From Emiliania huxleyi CCMP1516 (lineage: Eukaryota): DNA of 64,000 nt. Below, piece after piece: positions 55,994 to 64,000 of this stretch (positions are counted from its first letter, which is position 1; each line of letters begins with the position of its first letter). Position numbers and translations under genes: made by a program. Under the pieces are notes generated by a model, which had not been told where the DNA came from, searched no databases, and saw nothing but the letters and a program-made list of their open reading frames with translations. The DNA lies in NCBI RefSeq assembly GCF_000372725.1, contig NW_005201154.1:118843-182842 (forward strand), in the 5' to 3' direction.

Positions 55994-58900
55994 ATGGAGT
56001 GCCGCCGCGTCACGCTCTGGGCCACGCTCGCCCTCGACCTCGCCGCCGCGCTGCTCCTCGGCACCGCCACCGATCCGGCCCGATTCTTTCGCGACGTCTG
56101 GCCTCACCAGCGAGCGCTTTTTGGCGAGACCACCCTCGACCTCATCGCCCTCGCCCTGCTGCGCGTGGTGGTGGTCGTCGCGCTGCTGCTCGCCACTGCA
56201 GGCCGGGCCGCCAGAGTGGCCTCCTCGGCGGCTGCCGCCTCGCCGCCGCTGCTCGAGCCGCTCCAGCTCAACGGCACTAGCGAGCCGCAGCACCCGGTTG
56301 GCGACAAAGGTGGGTGGTGGAGGGCTGCCGTGACGCCCGTGCGGTGCAGCGGCGCGCTCCTCGCGCTGACGGTCGGCTACAGCGCGCTCAAGGCCCTCTT
56401 CCGCATGCTCCAGTCCGGCCTCGGCGACGGCTCTTCCTCGGGCTCTCTCCCGACCGGTGGGACGGAGCCGGCCGAAGTCTGGTTCTGGCTCCTAGAAGCA
56501 GAATACGTGTTCTTGTATCCCAACTAAGCCCGAGAGGGCCACGTATTCAGCCGTCTTCGGCCGTGTTCCGCTGTATTCACTGTATTCTTCTCCGTTGTAC
56601 TCACGCGGTGCTCTGAACACGCTGCACAATACCGCATTCCCGCCCTGATGTTGGCGTATTCAGCACGTAGGTTCTGGCTCACGCTGGCGGCGGGGTGCGT
56701 GTCGTCGAGCGGAGAGCACGTCCTCTGCAGGCGGCTGCTCCGCCGCGCCGCGGCCGCCGGCGAGGGGGGGGCGGCGGCCCGGGCGGGCGGCAAGCAGAAG
56801 AAGAGCGACGACCCCGCCGAGGCTGCCAAGAAGGCGGGAGCCCAGCGGGAGATATGGGGAGATATGGGGAGATATGGGGAGATACGCCAAGAAGGCGAGA
56901 GCCCAGTGGGCCCGGAGGCGGGTCGGTGGCGGGTCGGTGACGCGCGGCGGGTGACATGTGCACATGCGCGACGTGTGCCGCAGGCGTACCTCGAGCGGAC
57001 TGGAGATATGGGGAGATATGGGGAGATATGGGGAGCATGCGACGTGAGCCGCAGGCGTACCTCGAGCGGACTGGGCCGAGGCAGGTCCAGTCCGTGCGCG
57101 CCATCTTCGCAATGGTGAGAAGAGAAGAGAAGAGAAGAGAAGAGAAGAGAAGGTCCAGTCCGTGCGCGCCATCTTCGCAATGGTGAGAAGAGAAGAGAAG
57201 AGAAGAGAGTGCGCGCCATCTTCGCAATGGCGAGAAGCAGCACTGGCGCCGGAGGAGGGCCGTGCTGGAATAGCAACCCATGCGGAGTCACAATTGCTCA
57301 GGTGAAGCCGGACTGGCACCTGATGGCTTTCGCGTACGCGTCACTCGCCATCGCCGCCGCCGGGGACACGTCGATCCCCTTCCTGTACGGCCAACTCATC
57401 GACGCGATCGCAATCTCGCGCGACGTGGGCAAGTTCCAGCAGTACATGCTGCTGCTCGTCGGCACCGCCCTCGTCACCGGCGTCTTCACCGGATTCCGAG
57501 GCTCCACCTTCATCGTCATCGGCGGCCGCTTCTCAGTGCGGCTGAGGCAGCGCCTGTTCGCCTCGCTGCTGCGGCAGGAGCTCGACTTCTTCTCCGCCGT
57601 CCGCACGGGCGACATCACCTCGCGCCTCTCTGCAGACTGCCAAAAGGTGGGCGACCAGGTGCAACTCAACGTCAACGTCTTCCTGCGCTCCGTCATCCAG
57701 GCCCTCTCCCTCCCCTCCTCCTCTCCCTCGCCTCCTCCCGCCACCCCACCATCGACCCGCCACACCCTAACGAGCGCACGGCGGCTAATCCCCTCCTCGA
57801 GCGCCCGTGCTCCCCCTCTCACCACAAGCTCCCCGAAAAGGGGGCCGTCGCAGCTTTCTTTTCTGTCTCGTCACCGCCCGCTCTCCCGCAGGTGCTGCTC
57901 GATGACGTGCCCATCTCTCGGCTCGACCCGGGCTGGTTCCACCGGCAAGTTGCGCTGGTGGGGCAGGAGCCCGTCCTCTTCGCCCGCTCGATCGAGGACA
58001 ACATCTGCTACGGCCTCGGCGAGCGCGGGGAGGGGCGGCCCTCGACAGAGGAGGTGCACGCCGCCGCGCAGCTCGCCAGGACATGTCCTGGACAGGTCCG
58101 TGACATGAACATGCACATGTACATGTACATGTCGCAGGTGCACGCCGCCGCGCAGCTCGCCAACGCGCACGACTTCGTCTCCGGCTTTGACCTCGGCTGC
58201 GGCGCGCCGGCTGGCACGAGGAGCGCCCCTTCACCACTGAGCGGCGTGAGCAGGCTTCGAGCTCGGCTACGCCACGCCCGTCGGCGAGCGGGGCGCGCAG
58301 TTGAGCGGCGGGCAGAAGCAGCGCATCGCGATCGCGCGCGCGCTGGTGCGGCACCCGTGTGTCGCGTGCTCTCTCCCCGCCATCTCCCCGCATCTCCCCG
58401 CATCTCCCCGCATCTCCCCGCATCTCCCCGCATCTCCCCGCATCTCCCCGCAGGTGCGGCACCCGTGCGTGCTGCTGCTCGACGAGGCGCCGAGAAGAGA
58501 AGAGAAGAGAAGAAAAGAGCGTGCTGCTGCTTGCGAGGCACCGAGCTGCAGCTATCTCCCCGTATTCCCCATATCTCCCCCTATCTCCCCTATCTCCCCG
58601 TATCTCCCCACATCTCCCGTGCTGCTGCTCGACGAGGCGCCGAGCTGCGGCGCGGGCGCGGGCGCGGAGTTGCGCCGCAGCCTCACCGCGGCCCTTTGCC
58701 GTCCGCTCAGGCGACGAGCGCGCTCGACGCGGAGAGCGAGGCGGTGGTGCAGGCGGCGATCGACTCCATGATTGCGCAGGGCGGGATGACGGTGGTCGTC
58801 ATCGCGCACCGGCTGTCGACCATCCGGAACGCCGACCGCATCTGCGTCGTCAAGGGGGGGAGGGTCGCCGAGGAGGGCCCGCACCACGAGCTCATGACAA

Positions 58901-59025
58901 GGCCGGCGGGCGTCTACGCGAAGCTCGTCTCGAAGCAGATGGCGCTCCACTCGGGCTCGACCGGCTCCCTCTCCGGCGCCGGTGGCAGCGCGGCAAACCT
59001 GGACGCGGGAGGGCAGGAGGCATGA
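55994..59025 (+). CDS. ABCB (TAP/ABCB9-like) half transporter; multi-exon; central part apparently missing
   Basis: Extra N-terminal TM region; [84 protein letters not shown]. No Walker A found. Confidence 0.85.
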
Positions 59026-59899
59026 CGGAGGCTTGCGCCGCGAGCCAGCCGCGAGCCAGTATTGTAGCGAACGCGCTCTTTCTCCCCACGTTTCCTGAAA
59101 GAGCGGCCCGGAGTTGACGCTCTCTCGCAGCTCGGCCCGCCGCCCCTTGCCGGTTGGCCCGCGTTTTGGCCGCAGATAGCACACGGCGGCTTGTCTCGTT
59201 GTTGTGCAGACTGTGCGGGGAGAAGCAGAGGCCACGCGAAATCCTTTATTGCGCTCACTCGCACCGCGCGAACACCTGTGGCTGTGCGCTGCAGTGGGTG
59301 CACGGGCCTCGCACGCTTGACGCTGGCGGCGCGGGGCGGCCGGCGCGCGCCGCCGTAGATCCACTTGGAGCACTTGGAGTGCAGTCATCAACCTGCGAAC
59401 CTCATTTTTTACGAGCTAAGAAGGGGCACAAGCTAAGTTCCATTTCACTGTGGCACAGCTCGCGTTACAAACCTTGATTGTGACCATTTGCGCCATTTCG
59501 TACCTCTCGGTGCCTTCCAGAGGCGAGCCGTGAGAGGGTGCAGGCCGAAACCACAGCCGCTAACGTCCGTGTGGCCGAACGGGACCAAACTTTCGCCGCC
59601 GGGTCCCGGGCCACGGGTAATGGGGCCGATCCCGCATTTTCCCCGCAGCTTACTCGACGCTCTTGTGCCCCGAACTTTCCTCCCCCCGTCCCGAGCACGA
59701 CCAGAGCTGCTCCGGCGTGGTTTGGAGCGAGGTACGGGTGGCGGCGGGTTCGAGTAAGCTGCGGGGGAAATGCGGGATCCTCCCCATTTCATAGGTGCTC
59801 CAACGCCCTAGCCGGCTCGGGAGCACTGTCCTGCCCGTTATATGCGCACCCGCTTACGCTTTTAGGCTCTCCGGCGGCCTCAGGGGCCTTGCCGAGGGC

Positions 59900-60660
59900 T
59901 GCTCCAGCGAGGTCACAGTGCCGTGGAGCCGGCCAGCGTGCTCGCAGCCATGCCGCTGGTGGACCATGCCCGCCTCCCGCCCGGCGGCTCCAACCACAGC
60001 CCGCCTCACCGTCGGCGAAGCACCTCGGGGCCTTCGCGGCTGCATCGTCTGTCCGGCTCCACGAGGCCTTTGATTCCGAGACACTTCCGCGCGGGCCGAG
60101 GGACTCATCGGCCCCTCACATCCCGGAGGGACGGCGCACGCGCTGCCCAGTGACCGGGCGGGTCGGACCCGACTAGGAGCGGCCCCAGCCGGGCGGAGAA
60201 GACCATCCCACTCGCGGTGCGTCGCACCGGCCGGTCCGGTTTTCGTCTCGAGCGGGTGGGTCGCGAGACGGCCGCGAGAGCGAGCACCGCGGTCACAGTG
60301 CCGTGGAGGCCACGGACGTCGCCGGAGCGGCACTCCCGGGGCGCCACTCCCTCACCCGGTCGGGGGGGGCAACCACAGCCCGCCTCACCGTCCGTGGAGC
60401 TTCCGTGGTCCGCTGTTCCGGCTTCGATTTTCGACCCTCCCGAGGCTGCTAGAGCAGCCCCGCGGAGCCTCCCGGATGCACCAGCACACCGTCGTCCAGG
60501 ACGACGGCGCAAGCGCTGCCCAGTGACCGGGCGGGTCGGCCCCGACTAGGGTCGGGCCCAGCCGCGCGGAGAAGACCACCGAGCTCGAAACACGTCGCCA
60601 CGGCCGGCCGTTTTGCAAGCCTGAGCGGGTCGCCAGACACCCGCGAGAGGCAGCAGCTAG
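59900..60660. repeat. Two diverged tandem copies of a unit of about 380 bp
   Basis: GGTCACAGTGCCGTGGAG at 59911 and 60291; CAACCACAGCCCGCCTCACCGTC at 59990 and 60370; GCGCTGCCCAGTGACCGGGCGGGTCGG at about 60140 and 60513. Confidence 0.8.
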
Positions 60661-61402
60661 AGCGCCGTCGTAGCCGCATGTCGAGTCGAGGGGCTTGATG
60701 TCCACGGTAGCAGTTGTGGAGAGCGGTGGGGCGGTGCGTGTAGAGGGGTCGATCGAGGGCTCTTTTTCGAAACGCGACGGGTACGGCTTGACAACTGCCA
60801 GCACAGTTTTACGCCGGCCAGCGTGAGAGCAAAACAGGGAGCCGGCGACCCGTACGCTTTGCGCGTGGCGACCGGTGGCTGTCTGGAGCTCGTGCGAGCT
60901 GGTCCAACGCGTGGCCGAGCCGAGAGGACCAGCGAGCGACCACATTGGCGATGAAAGGTTGGCGGCCAGCGCCTCGTCGCCAGACGTCACAGCGGCGTGG
61001 ACGCAGGAGTGTGCGGCGACGAGTGCCGGCAAATCCGGCCCGGTGTGGCCGGCAGCTGCCTAGCGCTGGCCTGTGGCCGGCGCCGCGGTGGCGGAAGAGG
61101 CGTCTCGCCGCCGTGGCGGCGGTCGGCAGGTGCGAGCGTGATGGCCATCGTGCGGCAGAGTCCGGCCACAGATTTCTCAAGAACCACCTTTGGACACGTA
61201 CCCCCCGGCCGGCCCCGGAAAATTGTCCCCAGGCGCAGTTATTGTTATGGTGTTATGGCTCTCGGGGCATAGCAGCCCATAACATGTTATGGGCTGCTAT
61301 GAGAGAGCCGTCCCGGATCCACGGTGTTATGGCCCGAGACGCAAGCGAGGCCACACCGAACTGCTCGCATAAAGCCGTACCGCGGCTCCGGGCCACTCGA
61401 AC

Positions 61403-61554
61403 TAAGGTAAGGTAAGGTAAGGTAAATTTCTCCACACACACAAGTGGTGGGGGCAAGGGATGGCGAGCCTCGCATCTCCACACCTGGACACGGGCAGGAG
61501 CCCCACGGCATTCAAAGTGCAAGCACTGGCCCGGTGCACGTGGGTGAGCAGCCT
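61403..61554 (-). mobile_element. SINE-like or non-LTR 3'-end repeat with (TTACC)n tail, copy 2
   Basis: Inverted near-identical copy of 6585-6732. Confidence 0.7.
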
Positions 61555-61988
61555 TAATAAGTGTATCGGTAAGAATCTAAGGGCGATGCGAACACACACT
61601 AACTATTCGGCTGACAACCCTTGCCGGGTTGCGTCGGGTGCGTCCGACTCCAGCGCTGCATTGAGCGCCGCCATGGACAAGAGCATCGCCTGCTTCCTCG
61701 GCCGTTGGCACATGGCTGCCGAGGAGAGTGTTGAAGCTTGGCCTTCAGCGCCTCCATCTTCTGGTTGCACTTCCGAATCATGGCAAGCTCTTCAGGCAAT
61801 AACGCGCTGTCGTCCTCCGAGCGGTCGGGCAGCGGCAGCGGAGTAAACTCTGAAGAACCCCGCCCTCGGTGGCTGACCTTTCTCTTCTCCACACCCGCAT
61901 CAAGAGGCACCGCAGGGGTAGCCGCGACCAGGCTTCGCTCCTCGATCGCATTGTACAGCAGGACGACGTAGGTCGTGATTGAACGGCC

Positions 61989-63524
61989 GTCGGGGCCGAG
62001 CGTTTTTGATCTCTGGGTCAGTGGGCGCCCGCCCGCCGCCTCTGAGGGGGTCGGGCCCCCTAGACTGAAAACAAAAACAAAATGCAGAAACAGTCACAAA
62101 CAGCCTGCGAGAGCGGCGCTGCGCGCCGCCTACCTCGTGCGGGTGTGAGTGACCCCAAACGGTCGTCTGCATCCAAAAACGGTCGTCTGCATCCAAAAAA
62201 CAAGCACATGCACAACAACAACATGTACATGTGCATACGTCCTATGGCGCTTTGCGCTGGTCTATGAAAGGTTTGAGGTGCGAGCGCCCTGGAGGCCCTG
62301 GGGATGGGGGGAGACTACCCGCGGGCCTAGAAGGCCCGCGCGCAGGGGGGGTGGGGCGGCGGAGGTGGAGGTGGCGGAGGCTCGGCGAGCACGGCTGGGA
62401 GCGGCAGAGGGTTCAGGATCCGGGCAAGCGCGGATCTGAGAAGAGGGGTGGCTTTGGTTGGTCACGATCGGGACGGATGACACGTCTGCGGTCATCCTCG
62501 ATTCCTGTTTGTTGAAAAAACATGTGTTGGTTGCGGCGATGGTCACGCACCCGCGCAGCGCCGGCTTTGAGCCACGCGCCTCGACCTTCAGAGGCGCGTG
62601 CCCCTTCCGGCATGGCGCCGAAGGTGCCCGTCGTCGTTCGCGTCGAGCTTGGCAAGAAGCATCACCGATCGGGCCGCATGCACGAGGCGGAGGTGGCTCT
62701 CTCCCTTGTCGTCAGCGACGCACTCGAGAGAGCCGAGCCGGAGATTGCTGCTGGCAAGCTCACGGCCAGCACCGTCAAGTGCTTTCGGACGACGGAGTTT
62801 TCCGGCACCGTCCTCGACAACAGTCGGCATTCTGCGAGACATGTTTGGCTGCAACATCAAAGTGCTGGCGACCGCCGAGGATTCCCCTGCTACCCCCGGC
62901 ATGCGTCCAAATGCGATGACGCGACTCATGCAAACCCAGGCCGAGACGCCGAGGGCGCTGCCGCCTGCGCCCGACGGCGACCGCTACGATTGCCGCCTCC
63001 TTCGCGCGCTGCTGTCGAACTTGCAGCGAGACGGCTTGAGCTTTCCAGTCCTCGATGCGAATGCCTCGGGCCAGCGCATTCTCTCTGCAATCGCGGCGGG
63101 TCTGCAATACGTGCTTCCGTTTGACGACTCCGATCCGAGCCCGCTGCGACTGGCAGGCCGCGTCCACCTCGTCGTGCCACGCCGCTTCAAGACGGAGGCG
63201 CTCAACAATGAGACTCCTTCGGAGGACCACCACGGCGCAAAGCCATTGGACTCGCGCCTCTCGGCCAAGAAGCTGCGCTCGTACGGCGAGGCCATTGCGG
63301 GCTTCATTGGCTGCGCAACGGCTCCTCCCCCCCCCCCTTCTCCGCTGAACTGCTTGCTGCTGCTGCTCGCTTTGTCCCAGGAGCCTGGTGCTTGTGTCTA
63401 ATCGTAGTGGGGGCCCTGGCCCCCCTCTGTTTTCTGTTTTCTGTTTTTCAAAACGCCCGCCCGCCCGCCACCCCGAGGTGGCTCGGCCCCCCACTGACCC
63501 AGAGATCAAAAAACGTCGGCCCGG
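61989..63524. mobile_element. Inverted-repeat-bounded 1.5-kb element carrying a frameshifted ORF (about 62613-63401, + strand)
   Basis: GGCCGAGCGTTTTTGATCTCTGGGTCAGTGGG pairs with CCCACTGACCCAGAGATCAAAAAACGTCGGCC; looser pairing continues about 100 bp inward (AAAACA/TGTTTT runs). Confidence 0.55.
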
Positions 63525-64000
63525 GCGTGGGTATGTGGCCATCATGTCCTCCACATCAAAGAGCCGCTCGACCTCGAGCCTCCTCTCAGCGACCCCAAAG
63601 GAGAGCTCAAGGAACAAAGTTGCGTGTGCGAGCGCAGCTCTGTGGCGTCGCACCGTTGATTGAGAGATCCAAAGCGGATATCGCGGCAACCGCCAACCCC
63701 CGTCTACGAAAATGCAACGTTTGCACGTCCCTCGCAGTCGCGCACACACACCGCACACTTTCACAACTGCTCTCCTACACACGTGCTGTAGAGCCGTACT
63801 GGTCATCGGGTACAGACCATGCCGCGGCTGAGCGCCCGGGCACAAGAGGAGGGCGCAAGGGGAGGGGAGGGCAACGCGGGGAGGAGCGTCACAACGCAGC
63901 AGTGGCTGCTGCGCCGAGACGAGAGCGGAGGGCAGTAAGGGCGTCTGCGCCCTTACCGGGAAGAGGGCGACAGAGGGGGGAGGGAGGGGAGGGAGGGGAG

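Noticed and set aside
1..64000. tRNA, rRNA, snRNA or ribozyme genes
   Set aside because: None recognised by eye; tRNAscan-SE and an Rfam scan would be needed to exclude them.

Overview
Very GC-rich eukaryotic draft-assembly DNA with several N gaps. It has many short introns using GC and GA donors as well as GT, 10-12-bp tandem repeats inside introns, TTAGGG tracts and bipartite plastid-targeting leaders. These features point to a haptophyte, most likely Emiliania (Gephyrocapsa) huxleyi; this is an inference. Recognisable genes: mitochondrial SHMT (runs off the left edge), an RH22-like DEAD-box helicase, an intronless NCS2/AzgA-like permease, ALG11, two F-box/RCC1-repeat paralogs (one frameshifted), a GT25-sulfotransferase fusion, GH10 fragments, an ABCE1 fragment, a RING-like protein, a P-loop kinase, an HRDC protein, PGRL1, a GH5, a carnitine acyltransferase ending in SKL, a GT8-like protein, a C2-domain protein, a 2OG-Fe(II) oxygenase-like gene and an ABCB half-transporter missing its middle. 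Intergenic DNA holds several non-autonomous TIR elements (two with TA target duplications), a SINE-like repeat with a (TTACC)n tail, hairpins, and a 180-bp fold-back tandem array beside telomeric tracts. The strongest unexplained signal is a recurring 'echo intron' architecture: a 15-35-bp stretch at an exon boundary is duplicated, the copies are usually separated by a 10-11-bp repeat array, and the duplication itself supplies the splice site. This looks like ongoing intron creation by a repeat-inserting, target-duplicating process. All calls come from reading motifs by eye; no searches were run, and exon boundaries are approximate unless stated.
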